Shown: piece by piece, positions 1 to 12,568 of the stretch | Numbering within the stretch: the stretch's first letter is position 1 | How the letters are laid out: the number at the start of each line of letters is the position of its first letter | Assembly (NCBI GenBank): GCA_950097015.1 | Contig: CATNEN010000039.1 | Span: 4,836,001 to 4,900,000, forward strand | Origin: Macrostomum hystrix | Taxonomy: Eukaryota > Animalia > Platyhelminthes | Direction: 5' to 3' | DNA length: 64,000 nucleotides | Made by a program: the position numbers and the translations under genes | The notes under the pieces: model-generated | The model's input: the letters and a program-made list of their open reading frames with translations, nothing else | Told to the model about the DNA's origin: nothing | Databases searched by the model: none

Positions 1-309
1 AAGTTTGGCGTTGGCTCCAAGGATGCAAATTAGATTAAGATATAAATAAAAACAGTTCCGATGCTCTTAGATTGATCGCTTGCCATAACAAAAGTGAGAT
101 TTCATCGACCTCATTTCTTTGAAATTACGCCGACTTTTTGCAATGAATGTAATACTGATCGATCGATTTTGCTCCTGATAACTAATCAACGGCACTAGTA
201 GGGCCAATAATTCACAAGCTCACATGCACACAGTGAGATCGGCTAAACTTGAATTAGCCTACTATAAGTAGTCGGATACAATTTCGGAGAAAAATTAAAA
301 AAAAATACG

Positions 310-560
310 CGAGGGAAAGTTGTAAGGCTTCGGGCGTCTGAGCGAAAGGTTAGGGGTTCGAATCTCATTGGAAACAATTTGTGCCATTGAGCAAGACTCT
401 AGTAAATTGGATACCAGTACCAGCATGTTGTGGTGGCTAACCCCAGTCCATGGACTGAACAGCAGTATGTTCAATGTGTTGGTTGGAACTTCTGTCCTTG
501 AATTAAGAAATGTGCGTAAAACAAAGCCTATTCAACGCTGAGAGGTTTGCGTCTGTCTAA
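310..560 (+). mobile_element. Degenerate tRNA-derived SINE-like repeat
   Basis: B-box-like GGTTCGAATC at ~355-364 behind a tRNA-like head; no intact cloverleaf; boundaries approximate. Confidence 0.35.
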
Positions 561-1348
561 CCGAATGAGACAGCAGGTGTGCTTCTCGCAGTGATGATTT
601 TTATATTCACGCGGTCAAAGCAGCGGGACAGACTTCTCGAGAGAATCCTAACTGAATGGGAGAACTTGTTACAATTCAAAATGGGGGCATTTAGTGTGTA
701 GAAAACTAAAATCAAGAGTATCACAATAGTTCAAGGCGGGCTCTGGCGGGTGAGCAACAAAGCGAGAGCAAATTATTTAAAATGGATTTGAGGCTTGCAG
801 TAAATAAGCAGACGATCTCGAGCAGTTTTCTATAGTTTTTACGCTACGATCTGCATGCAAACTGAGTTGAAGAGTGAACAGAAAGCAAATATGAAAAATG
901 AAAACCAGGCTTGTCCAGGATAAAAAACTAATACTATTCCTGCTATCAACTGATGTAATCTTACAAGTGAAGGCTGCATCGAAAAAAACTTGGAGAGGCG
1001 AAGCGCAACACCATAAACTTGTTCAAACCAGCCTTCAAATTTTGATTGGTCAACGAGTCCTTCACCTTTAAAACCATTTTGAGTAGCTAGTTAAGGACAA
1101 AACCATCTTATAGCAAGCCCTACTGGTAGGGTATGAATGTCACTGGGTCCTGAGTTCCATATAATTATTTGTAGCGGAGAGAAAGCTTGGGGCTTGTCCA
1201 GCAATTTTCAGAATTCTCTGCATGGTAATCATTTTAGCCCATAGATTACACTGATGCCGCATAGAGTGAAACTCAACGACCAGCTTCAGCCAAGTTCTGG
1301 TGCCGCATAGAATAAAAAAAATTGTTCTTAAAAAAACTAGCTCTCCGG

Positions 1349-1902
1349 TCAGAAGTTATGCACACCCAGTCGAAAGACGTGATTGACAATGGCGAAGCTC
1401 TGGCCAAAGCTGCGCAACACGAAGGTCTCGGTGAATGCCAGCGGCTGTGCGCCGTCATCAACCCGAAGCTGGCCGTTGACAGCAACCAGGACTCCGCGCT
1501 CCACTGGTTGATAATCGGCATTGGTGATGGCCGTGCTGATGTGCTGGAAACCCAGTGATCTGTACTTGGCCATGATGGCCGCTTTGCCCATCAGCTGGGC
1601 GCCCTCATAGGTCAGCATGGCCTGGTCATAGTAGAAATTGGCTAGCTGCTCCCTGTTGCTCTGCAGTGTGGCATAGAATGCCTGAGTGAACTGCTGCCCT
1701 ATCAGGGCAAAGTTCACCGGAAAAGTCTCAAGCTGTAGGGCCTGCAGTGGGTTGAATTTTTAAGCTTTTGATAATTCCATATATAAAAACGTATAGAATC
1801 GCTAAATTCAGTGTTTGTAACTAAACAAAAATTATACCACATTCATAAAAAACTGAAAAGATTTATGAAAAACCCACTACAAGCTACATATATATTTACC
1901 AT
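1349..1902 (-). CDS. NTF2: Nuclear transport factor 2; main exon 1349-1741, probable ATG-only first coding exon 1900-1902
   Basis: IGQQFTQAFYATLQSNREQLANFYYDQAMLTYEG...ITNADYQP...VNGQLRVDD...NHVFRLGVHNF matches the NTF2 fold throughout; in-frame acceptor (ctgcag) above 1741; ATG|GTAAAT at 1900-1902. Confidence 0.88.
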
Positions 1903-3519
1903 ATAGGTGGTATAAAATCAAATGATTTGGGGTGGCAGCTGCATAAACTTATTAAATAACCAACAGAGATGAAATAATATGTGAAATTTTTATCCAACAA
2001 AATTGTGAATTTTTTATTGCAAGACATTTCTATTTATTAGCAAAGCCAAAAAAAAATTTGGTAAAGCAAAATTAACTCAGAAATCCACTCTGGTTCTGAG
2101 ATATGAGGTAATATTAGATTATTAACTAGAGTTAGCTAACTAAAGTAAAACACTACTACCAGAATTAAAAAATGAAAAAATATGACTAGCTTACTAGCAA
2201 AAACTGTGAGTCTGTGACTTCTGCTATGTGACGATTGGACTAAGGGTGGAGGCAAAAAGTTACTTTTGATTGCTGAAAAGGAATTTCAAGTCTAGTTTAA
2301 GGGACAATAAAAGCTGAATACTATCTAGTCTGAGCTTAAATTTATATATGCGACCTAGAAGTCTTAAAACGAAATTGAATTGTGGTACAGGCAAAAATAA
2401 AAAATAGAAAAGACAAAATGCTTTTTGAAATAAATAAATTACAAAAGTCTAAATTGTATAACATTTTACTAACAAATTTAATACGTGAATATCCATATTT
2501 AAATACTGAAAAGAACAAGTTTTATAGTTTTTTTCATAGGATTTGCATGTACTCATATAGTTTCTTTCTTCGAAATGTGAAGTAAATTAAAGAAGTTAAA
2601 TTCGTTAGCGATGTATCGCGAGCAACTTCGTTAAGAACGACTTTTTAGAAGCTATAAAACAAAAAACGAATCAATTATCCCGTACATGAAGTATGCATAT
2701 CAAGTGCATTCATACATTTGCGCTTAATTGTATTTTTATTCTGTAAGTTGTTTCTTAATTGCCAGACATGCACAGACATGTCTATGTTGCACTCGTATAT
2801 AATTTGTTTGCGGACTACTTACGAGTAACTTAGTAATTAGGTATTAGTTTTTAGTTATCATAAAAATAATTGTGTCTGTATTTTTTGGCTTGATCTTCAA
2901 GCTAGTGGCTCTAGATTCTGACAAGGACCACTAGCATTATTTCAGGACGTAACCAAGGACCACTAGCATTATATCATTATAGCATTATACCAGGTCCTTG
3001 GATTCTGATCGTAAAATTGTTAGCTATGAAATATGTGTTGCACACTCGCGTGCACTTTATATTAAAAAAAACCAAGTGCACATTTTTGCAGTTCTTCAAA
3101 ATTCAATTATATTGGCTACATAAAACAAATAGCGACCTTATAATGCATTCACGCATCAAAACAAAAGTTAGGATTGGCAGTACATGTGGCATTACTCGTG
3201 ATTTTCTTCTGGCTAAAAGAAACGTTTTAGCCAATTTCATATCCATGTCTTTGTATAAATGACAATTGCTATCCTTACACAATAAGTTTTGTCCGAAAAA
3301 ATAGATGCATGAGAATATATGTTTTTAACCTTTCTTAGCCAGCGCATGTTTAAGAGTATGAAGCGCAAACATAAGGAAGAAGAATTTGTTCAATTTTTAA
3401 GCGTGTGAAATTATTTCAAGTTAGTTTCACGAAATGTGTTTGTGGATATTAGGTACTTAAAATCTTTATATTCTTATCAGATCTAGATGCGTCAATTTAG
3501 CCCGACTCATCAGCACTTC

Positions 3520-5366
3520 TCAGCACGACTCATCAGCTGCTGCCGCCGCGCTGCCGATGCTGGCACTGCCGCGGCTTCGTCTGCGGCGTCGCGCCTGTAC
3601 GCAGACATCGGTGCAGCAGAGACGCATGCGAGAATCAGTCAGGGCGCCTGGATATCGCTTGCTGATGTAGTCTGGGAAGGGGTTGTGGAATATGCGCGAT
3701 GCATTCATGTATACATTGTGGGTTGAGATAAGTTTAAATTATAATTTTAATGCAGCTGAAAAATAAAGTCCATAAAGGAATTTCGAAAAGTTAGATTTCA
3801 AACCTTCTTATTTCAGTTCATAAAATTGCTACGAATCTCGTTGACTCACCGCAGATTCCCATGACAATATCCTTGTTGAGGGGCTGCTTGTACGCGCCGA
3901 CACCGCTGACAGAGGACTGGGCCAGGACCTCCCGAGTGAAGAAGTGCTTCATAAGGCCACGAAGGTGCAGTGTTGCCACGCCATGCGAAGCCCACAACAG
4001 GCGCTGGTGAGCCTCCGCTGGCATGCTGGCAGACGGATGGCTGGCAGACAAAGTAACAATGCGCTGGAAAGGTTTCATTAGAGAGAATGGATCAGGGCCG
4101 CAAACAGGATTGGGGGTGCATGGATCAGGGGCAGAATAAGATGGCAGATGGATCAGGGGCGGAAACAGCATTGGGAGTGCATGGATCAGGTGCGGAATAA
4201 GGATTGGGGGCAGATGGATCAGGGGCGGAAACAGCATTGGGAGTGCATGGATCAGGTGCGGAATAGGATTGGGGGCAGATGGATCAGGGGCGGAAACAGC
4301 ATTGGGGTGCATGGATCAGGTGCGGAATAAGGATTGGGGGCAGATGGATCAGGGGCGGAAACAGCATTGGGGGTGCATGGATCAGGGGCAGAAACAGCAT
4401 TGGGGGTGCATGGATCAGGGACGGAAACAGCATTGGGGGTGGATGGATCAGGGGCGGAAGGAGGATCAGGGGCGGAAGGAGGATCAGGGGCGGAAGGAGG
4501 ATCAGGGGCGGAAGGAGGATCAGGGGCGGAAGGAGGATCAGGGGCGGAAGGAGGATCAGGGTCGGAAGGAGGATCAGGGGCGGAAGGAGGATCAGGGTCG
4601 GAAGGAGGATCAGGGGCGGAAGGAGGATCAGGGTCGGAAGGAGGATCAGGGTCGGAAGGAGGATCAGGGGCGGAAGGAGGATCAGGGGCGGAAGGAGGAT
4701 CAGGGTCGGAAGGAGGATCAGGGGCGGAAGGAGGATCAGGGGCGGAAGGAGGATCAGGGGCGGAAGGAGGATCAGGGGCGGAAGGAGGATCAGGGGCGGA
4801 AGGAGGATCAGAGGCGAATTAGGCTTGTGCTGATAGACGTGGGCGGATGCGTAAAGATTCAATCGTCCATCAGCGGATTCTCAACTCACCCCATCAGCGG
4901 ATAGCTGGGGGACAAATGTTGGATCCACTTTGTCCGGGGCGCTGATCGGTTTTCGACCCTTCACAATGGCTGGCGCAACAGTTATGGCCATTGAAGTCGC
5001 TTCGGACTCCGAACAGGATGTCTGGTATGTCTGAGTCAGGGACGTCTGCGTCGTCTCCAAGCTTCGCAGTAAATCCAGGCCAGCCAGAAGTTGCTTGTGC
5101 GCGGCGGCAAGTTGTTGTAGAGCAGATGCGGCTGCTGACTGGATGTTAGCAGAGTTCGATTTCGACTGGTGCGGCTTCGGGGCGAGGTCGGCGTACAGGC
5201 GGCTCAGGCTAGAAAGAATCTGCTGCAGCCGCGATGAAGGCAGCTCATTGCACCGCGTAGCTAATTCAACCGGTTCTGTTTCCATGGCAACCGAACACCG
5301 ATGATCGGGCAGAGGCTGATGTAGCCGCCGAGGACTACTGAGCTTGCGTCGGTGAGTGGAAGACAT
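3520..5366 (-). CDS. BEN-domain protein, 3 exons (5366-4890, 4063-3850, 3671-3520)
   Basis: GT-AG junctions join in frame to give ...ATLHLRGLMKHFFTREVLAQSSVSGVGAYKQPLNKDIVMGICDYISKRYPGALTDSRMRLCCTDVCVQARR, a typical BEN helical pattern, after a coiled-coil-like N-terminus. Confidence 0.75.
4088..4812. repeat. Intronic minisatellite (18-bp GGATCAGGGGCGGAAGGA units plus ~30/60-bp variants)
   Basis: Direct tandem repeats filling intron 1 of the BEN gene; they explain the repetitive ORFs in all frames. Confidence 0.95.
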
Positions 5367-6054
5367 TTTTGGGGCAAGCTTTTTGGTCGAGGAATTGAAA
5401 ATAATAGACAGAGCGGTTCTGAGTGAAGAAATGAGGCACTGCAGTGAGCATTGAAATGTCTTCGCTGCTGTAATTTATGACCAGGAAAATCTGTGCAGCG
5501 ATTCAAAAACGCTTTTTTAGTTTGAGCCTAGTGTTCTAATTAGTGACGCCACAAACCTCACCCAATCGTGACGCATGGGCGTATGTACACCAGCTCGTGA
5601 AGCCATGGCGTGTGGTGGCAGGCCAACCTGGGTTGCAGGTCGCGGGTGGGTGGTTTGGTGGACGAGAAGGTAGAGGGGGTTTAGTGAACACGGCTTAGCC
5701 AATAGGAGAACCCGATTGGGTTTGAAAAGCAAAGTCCTGTAAATATAGAGCTGTAATATAAAATGTGTCTTCGATTAAAACGCTATGCTTTCTGTACTTC
5801 AAAGTACATGTTAAACATGTGTTCAATTGACAGGCCATAAATGGACACAACTAGCCTGTATAGTTAGTTATCACTTACTAAAGTATTGCAGATGCTGGCA
5901 GCTACCCGAGTAAAAACTTACCGTACTGGCAGCATATTGCGTATGCATTTTAACAAATAAATTAAAAATCTTTGAAATCGAAATATTAAATTTACACTTC
6001 TTTTTAACTGAATACAGCAGTGGAAGTTTCTGGGTGAAAGCAGAATGAATTATA

Positions 6055-6865
6055 GGGTTGGCTGCAGTATGGATTCGGGTTGGCTGCAGTATGGATTCGG
6101 GTTGGCTGCAGTATGGATTCGGGTTGGCTGCAGTATGGATTCGGGTTGGCTGCAGTATGGATTCGGGTTGGCTGCAGTATTGGATTTGGGGTGGCTGCTG
6201 TGTGGATTTGGGGTGGCTGCTGTGTGGATTTGGGGTGGCTGCAGTATGGATTTGGGGTGGCTGCTGTGTGGATTTGGGGTTGGCTGCAGTATGGATTCGG
6301 GGTGGCTGCAGTATGGATTTGGGGTGGCTGCAGTATGGATTCGGGGTGGCTGCAGTATGGATTTGGGGTGGCTGCTGTGTGGATTTGGGGTGGCTGCTGT
6401 GTGGATTCGGGGTGGCTGCAGTATGGATTCGGGGTGGCTGCTGTGTGGATTTGGGGTTGGCTGCAGTATGGATTTGGGGTGGCTGCAGTATGGATTTGGG
6501 GTGGCTGCAGTATGGATTTGGGGTGGCTGCAGTATGGATTTGGGGTGGCTGCAGTATGGATTTGGGGTGGCTGCAGTATGGATTTGGGGTGGCTGCAGTA
6601 TGGATTTGGGGTGGCTGCAGTATGGATTTGGGGTGGCTGCAGTATGGATTTGGGGTGGCTGCAGTATGGATTTGGGGTGGCTGCAGTATGGATTTGGGGT
6701 GGCTGCAGTATGGATTTGGGGTGGCTGCAGTATGGATTTGGTGTGTGGATTTTGGGTGGCTGCTGCAGTATGGATTTGGGGTTGGCCGCAATATGGATTT
6801 TTGGTGGCTGCTGTGTGGATTTCGGGGTGGCTGCTGTGTGGATTTGGGGTGGCTGCTGTACGGAT
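6055..6865. repeat. 22-bp minisatellite (GGCTGCAGTATGGATTTGGGGT)
   Basis: Over 30 tandem copies with minor variants; stop-free in all six frames. Confidence 0.95.
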
Positions 6866-7383
6866 TTGCTGTACATTTTCAGAGTAATCCTGCTCAGTGC
6901 TGAATAAATGAGGACTATAAGTCGCATGTGGATTCCTATCCATTAATCCGCTGATTGATTTCACTATACGTGAAGTCCTTGACGGGTTGAGGCCTTCGCT
7001 AAAATGAAAATATGGATAATCGTACAAGGACCCCACACTAGTTATGCTACTAGGAATATTATTTATTTTATTTTTCATTATACTTGTAGTTTATTATTGA
7101 TTCGCCATATATTTGCTCATCCTCTACTAGCGAGCCAGCATGTTTCACTGAGAAGTATAAAGCTTAACTATCTGACATTTAAGCGAACATGAATCCCTGC
7201 ATGGCTTCTCTGCAGATTCTAAAATGACAGTTTTTGCTGACTTAATTCGTATTAAAGTAGGTCGGATTAGGACTTGACTTTGGGCGCTTTACTTTCGGGT
7301 GGAAGTGTTCAGAAGATGCAACACACTAAAAGAGCACCGACGGATAGTTTATTCAAATATAAAAAAGAACATTAGTTTTTAAT

Positions 7384-7560
7384 GACATTAAATATGAGTC
7401 AAGCATAACAAATAACAAGGATCATGGCATTTGCAGATCGACATTAAATATGAGTCAGGCATAACAAATAACAAGGATCATGGCATTTGCAGATCGACAT
7501 TAAATATGAGTCAAGCATAACAAATAACAAGGATCATGGCATTTGCAGATCGACATTAAA
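7384..7560. repeat. 56-bp tandem repeat x3, downstream of the methyltransferase
   Basis: GACATTAAATATGAGTC...GCAGATC at 7384, 7440 and 7496. Confidence 0.9.
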
Positions 7561-7631
7561 ACGCTCAGCTCTTTTTCTTTGCGACCGCTTTTTCGTTAAA
7601 TCAGTCAGAAGTTATCTGAAAAAGAGAAAAA

Positions 7632-8873
7632 TTATTTTGTAATTTGTTTCATAACATTGTCGAACACGATGCTCTTGAAGTCATTCCTGATCCAAATGAC
7701 ATCCCAGGCAGTGAGGGAGTCAATATTCAGCGGCTTAATTGGCGAATCAGCAGAGTACAAACTATAATTCCGTTGGACGAAGAATTTCACAATTTTATCG
7801 AAATTCGGAGAGCTGCTCGATTTCGGGCCGAAGTCGGCGCGCCAGAACTCCATCTGGACGGCGATGATCTTCTTCTTCTCGAAGAGCTGCTCGCCAGTTG
7901 AGAAGAAGATGTGCTCGCTGGCCTCGATGTCGATCTTCATGACCACCAGGTCCGTGGTCACGCTGCTCACGAGGTCGTCGGCCCTGCCGGTCATCACGGG
8001 GATTGTGTCGGTTATGCTTTCCTTGCTTGACGTGGCGCCGCCGACGTTGCACCATTTCGTGCCGAAGTTGAGGTACTGCAGGGACACGGAGCTGTGGAAG
8101 TACATCCACATCAGCTTCAGCTTGTTGTCGGAGCCCCAGTGCATTTCGTTGGCGGACATTCGGATCCTGACGAGGTTCCTAATGTTCGCGTCCACAGCCA
8201 CCGTCGGAATGCCGGCATCCCTGGCCTGCAGGGTGTAGGCGCCGATGTTGCAGCCGACGTCCATGAAGGTGACGGATCCGACCGGGAACTTCTGGGCGAA
8301 GGACAGAGTCAGAGCCACCTGGTCTGGCTCCCAGTTGTGCTTTGACGATAGTATTTGCCCAGACACAATGTCTTCAGCTGGATAAGTGTAGATTGTGACA
8401 TTCTTTTTTGTCAAGACGCTAATAATATAGCCTTTCATGGCTGTCTCTTTGACCCTGTTCAAAAGCTGCGTTGGCAAGGTTTCTGGGATCTCGCAGATTG
8501 GAAATTTATTGTCGATCATCGTATACGCTGCAATGTTCTTGCAGAGTCTCTGATTGAGCGCTGGATGGAAGAAGTTTACATCTCGAAGCTCCCAGTAGCC
8601 GGGGCATGTTTTGTCGGATTTCCAAATTGAGAATTTATTCTCGGCGAACAAGTTATCGAGAATTTCTTCCTGAGTTCTTTCGAAATCCGATTTGAGTAGT
8701 TGCGCAATCGCCTGCCGGTTCCAGCCCACGATGACAAGCAGCGCGCAGCTCGCCAAGAGGACTAAAAGTGCGTAGAGTCGAGTCCTCGTCCTCAGTCTCA
8801 TTTGAATCATCTCTATCCAGGAATGGATCTTTCGCGCAGTAATTCTGCACCAAATGTGGAAATTCGAAATCAT
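7632..8873 (-). CDS. Membrane-anchored FkbM-family (Methyltransf_21) SAM-dependent methyltransferase, apparently intronless
   Basis: N-terminal TM segment (LYALLVLLASCALLVIVGW); SAM motif FMDVGCNIGAYT; VAVDAN; VMKIDIEASE; QME. Confidence 0.85.
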   Translation of the reverse strand: MISNFHIWCRITARKIHSWIEMIQMRLRTRTRLYALLVLLASCALLVIVGWNRQAIAQLLKSDFERTQEEILDNLFAENKFSIWKSDKTCPGYWELRDVNFFHPALNQRLCKNIAAYTMIDNKFPICEIPETLPTQLLNRVKETAMKGYIISVLTKKNVTIYTYPAEDIVSGQILSSKHNWEPDQVALTLSFAQKFPVGSVTFMDVGCNIGAYTLQARDAGIPTVAVDANIRNLVRIRMSANEMHWGSDNKLKLMWMYFHSSVSLQYLNFGTKWCNVGGATSSKESITDTIPVMTGRADDLVSSVTTDLVVMKIDIEASEHIFFSTGEQLFEKKKIIAVQMEFWRADFGPKSSSSPNFDKIVKFFVQRNYSLYSADSPIKPLNIDSLTAWDVIWIRNDFKSIVFDNVMKQITK

Positions 8874-9939
8874 TGCTTCTTTCAGCTCGTTAATACAATC
8901 AGGGCTTTCAGTATTTCGAAAATGCTCACAAACGAGTTGCTAGTGGCTTGAAACTGCAGTGTTGTAGTGAGTTAGCTTTTGCAAAGAGATTCGACCTGCA
9001 GTAGGACTCACACTGGATGCCTCTGCATGAATTGGTGCGAGGAATGCACTCGCATAAATAACTAGCAGCTCTAGCATTCAGATCGAAACTTACCGTCTCA
9101 TGGTCAGGCCTCCAGAGAACAATAGCATGCCAGTAACTGCACATTCGCGTGGCACAAAGAGACAAATAGCAAAAGGATTGCATACAGTAGCTCTTGAATC
9201 TTTGCTGTGCTCGCTATTGTTCTCCATGGCTAAATTGCGGCTGAATGCATGTACAGGTATTTATACTCAACTCTGTAAAGAAGATTGTGCAGTCTAGGGT
9301 CGCAACAGAGAGGCTAAATCTTCACCGTTCCCACTCATGCAATTAAATTGTCTACAGTCATAGAGCTCCGAATCTAGAAACTGGATAGTCAAAATACACA
9401 AAGTAAGCAGATGGGAAACTCTGGTGCACCACTTAGAGAATAACACATGAGAACTATCGTGCAACAGATTTTCTAAACGTTTGTTTTATAATAAAGCTAA
9501 ATAAATTCTCTACATTTTTAGTTTAAGCTTGTGTGTCTAATTTTTTAAGTTAGTGAGCTGTGCTTAAATAAAGTTAAAGGAATATGGAAATTGTCATCTC
9601 TAAAACAGCGAGCCATTGTATAGCTCCATGATGACAAAACTGCTGATTGTACGCGCGTAAGCTTCAACATCCAGTTAAATTAGGCATCATGTATGACGGA
9701 GACCAGTAAGGAAATTATAAACTCAAGATCAAATCAATCGAAACGACAGTGAGGAGTTCGGCACATTCCGCTCCTGAACACACACGCACGATGCAGATTA
9801 CCGCGCGCAGGCATTTTTAACTACACTCCGACATGCGTGCACGAGTAACACTCACTGTTCATGGGTCCTGATGGGCATAAATTATAAAACAAGCCCGCAA
9901 GCCTTCCTCCTTGCCTGAGAGAAGGCCTCCTAAATGCAT

Positions 9940-10020
9940 GTGCAGCCTCGAGCCTCGAGGATTCGAGCTCAGGGACCATGGTGCGAGAGAGAAGCATTAA
10001 CCGCTCTGCCACTCACCTGC
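9940..10020 (-). mobile_element. tRNA-derived SINE head (family B)
   Basis: Reverse complement GTGAGTGGCAGAGCGGTTAATGC...CTGAGCTCGAATCC, shared with the copies at 15110, 17350 and 62445. Confidence 0.55.
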
Positions 10021-10433
10021 CCGGGCGGCTCCTTTCATACCGTTCGTATATATAAAGGTGATCTACTCGTAGAAGTCGCAGAATTATAAAGACTTTCATT
10101 ACTGATCAAGTAGTTCTTGATAAAAATAATTTTTGCATTTTCAAGTCCTCGACTTTCATTAAATTAAAAATTGTGCAAAAGCCGTGCATGGCAGATATGA
10201 TTAATTTTAAATAATTTCTTAATTTTGCATGAGAAAATGCGTCGTGCCCTTGTGAAAGTTCAGAAATAGGAAAGTAATCCATGGACAGAACATTATTTTC
10301 CGAACTTTAAAATAGTTTTGAAAGGTATGCTGTCTTCATTCCGTTAACAGTAGAACTACCAAAAAGGGAAATCCCCCTGACAATTTTTTGCTGCACCACC
10401 TTATAGATAAAGCTGCGTGACCACTGAAGTCAA

Positions 10434-10720
10434 GGGGCGAGTGGGTCAGCGGCTAACGTCGCTGCCTCGCACTCCAAAGGACGCTAGTTCGATTTACCTT
10501 TCAAGTCACGATTAATTTCGGGACTTGTTGGGGGGTTTGGACAGTATAGCGACCGGCGGAGGTGCACCATATTTCGTGCAGTCAAAGCTTGAAATAATAG
10601 CCTGCTCAGGGGAGGCGGCGCGATGGGCGCTAAGCGCCTAGTTCGCCGGTCTGGGGGCGTGCCGCTCCGTCGCTTGTGCGACAAGTGCCCCGGGCCCCCT
10701 GCAAATAGATAGATAGAGAG
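10434..10720 (+). mobile_element. tRNA-derived SINE (family A), internally deleted copy
   Basis: GGGGCGAGTGGGTCAGCGGCTAACG head and GC-rich 3' end shared with 11277-11770; (AGAT)n tail. Confidence 0.6.
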
Positions 10721-10729
10721 ACCACTGAA

Positions 10730-11250
10730 GTCGGAGATGATGCAGACACATTCGGGTGACTCGCTGATAAAGTTTGAAGGCCTGGCGATGCCGCACTGAG
10801 GCGCAGTGCGAGTTCTTGTATGGGGGAATACACTAGCTCTTACGGTAAAAATCAGACCCTCGGCCAGAACCGTTGAATATCTCGACGGTCTGAAGAGCCG
10901 CACTCGCAGCACCCTGAGCCTGCAGGCCCCGCTGCAAAATTCTCCGCGCCTCGCGGGAACTTCCTGGGGAAGCGACAAGGACATGCTTCTGGACAGCAAT
11001 CTGCCGACTATTGCTGGAGTTTGCTGTCCCGGTCTGGCGCCGATCCTGGCCGACTCGCAGTGGTCACGCCTGCAGGCAGTGCAAAACCAGGCTCAGCGCA
11101 GTAATACCGGCTGCACGGCGCTGACTGCAGAGGCGGGCGGACCTGCATGACAGTGGCACTGCAAGACGTCCGTTCGCACTGCCGCTTGCACTCATTGCAA
11201 TTTCTCCATGACGCAGCAACCTCCTCCGCGGCGCACTGGGGAGTAAATAT
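10730..11250 (+). pseudogene. Decayed non-LTR retrotransposon (LINE) RT C-terminal/thumb fragment
   Basis: LAGTSWGSDKDML...CPGLAPILADSQWSRLQAVQNQAQRSNTGC resembles the LINE 'WG...LQ.VQN.A.R.ITG' region; interrupted by stops and shifts. Confidence 0.6.
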
Positions 11251-11276
11251 TTTAGAATGTTATATTTATCGTCATG

Positions 11277-11770
11277 GGGTGAGTGGGTCAGCGGCTAACG
11301 TCGCTGCCTCACTTTCCAGTGGTCGCTGATTATAGTTCCTCCCTCCAAGTCACAATTATTTCGGGGCTTAGTTGGAGCCGGAGGTTTGCGAAGTAGTGAC
11401 TTGCGGAGATGCACCATATTCTGTGCAACCAAAGCTAATTTAAAATAGCTTAATCCCTGCCTTCTGCATGCCTGCTTGTTTGTGTTTGTGCGTTGGGCCG
11501 GGTGTGCACCAATGTGTATACTCTCGTCCCTACTCTTCAGGCATCTAAGTCCTCCCCTGGTTTGGTCTGCTCTGTGCGTGTGCGGGCCTGGGGTGAGGCA
11601 CTCCGGCTGCCGCCCCCTTCCCCGCTTGGCTTGCTGCTGTGTGAGGTGCCTGAGTCCAGGGGTCCAGATGGCGCGATGGGCGACTCCCGCCTAGTTCGCC
11701 GGCCTGGGGGCATGCCGTTCCTTCGCTTGTGCGTCAAGTGCCCCAGGCCCCCCGGCAAATAAGTAAATTT
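11277..11770 (+). mobile_element. tRNA-derived SINE (family A), longer copy
   Basis: Same head and tail as the 10434 copy; body matches the inverted copy at ~25210-25460. Confidence 0.65.
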
Positions 11771-12198
11771 ATCGTCGAGTTGAAAAGCAGTTTTGTTATC
11801 TATTTACCATTAGTGAATCCTTGATATGCGCAGTAGTTCAATGAGTTCCAAAATTGTCTTTGCTTATCATCGTGTGGAAAAGCATTCCCAACATAATTAC
11901 TAGCGGAAAATCTGGCTTTTCCCAGCGATTGACCATGTTCTGGGAAAGGAAATGGTTTCCGATAGCGTGTGAAAATGCCCCTCCGCCGGATAGTGCTTAA
12001 TTAGTTTCGGCGAACTCCGGAAGTCTGAAGTGCCAGATCCAGTTAATATGGAGGATGAGGCAGAATTTTTAATTCAGCCTTGAATCTCCTTTAAGCAGTG
12101 ACCAATTGTGCAAGATGACTAGCCAGGCTTCAGAACGCCACTATTAAGCATGTATTAAGCATGTATTAAGCATGTAGTAAGCATGTAGTAGCCTATCG

Positions 12199-12568
12199 CA
12201 GGGGTAGGCAAACTTATTTGCTGGCGGGCCAAAGAGAGAACCTATAAGACGGCAGCGGGCCGCATTGAATGTATAAATATGAGATAGGAGAGAGATGAGA
12301 CACGGGAGAGATAAGACACGGGAGAGATGAGACACAGGAGAGATTAGACACGGAAGAGATAAGACACGAGAGCGATGAGACACGGGAGAATTAGACACGA
12401 GAGCGATGAGACACAGGAGAGATTAGACACGGGAGAGATGAGATACAGGAGAGATTAGACACGAGAGAGATGAAACAGGACACTGTAGATGTCAGAAGGG
12501 GCAACGGGCCGGATTTGGGAGCTTCGAGGGCCGCATCTGGCCCGCGGGCCGGAGTTTGCCGACCCCTG
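12199..12568. mobile_element. hAT-type MITE with internal GAGACACG-rich repeats
   Basis: TIRs CAGGGGTAGGCAAAC / GTTTGCCGACCCCTG; 8-bp TSD GCCTATCG / GTCTATCG (7 of 8 match). Confidence 0.8.

Noticed and set aside
4148-7078. Many long ORFs in all frames (GGRRIR, PPLILL, QPPQIHTAA, etc.)
   Set aside because: Products of stop-free minisatellites, not genes.
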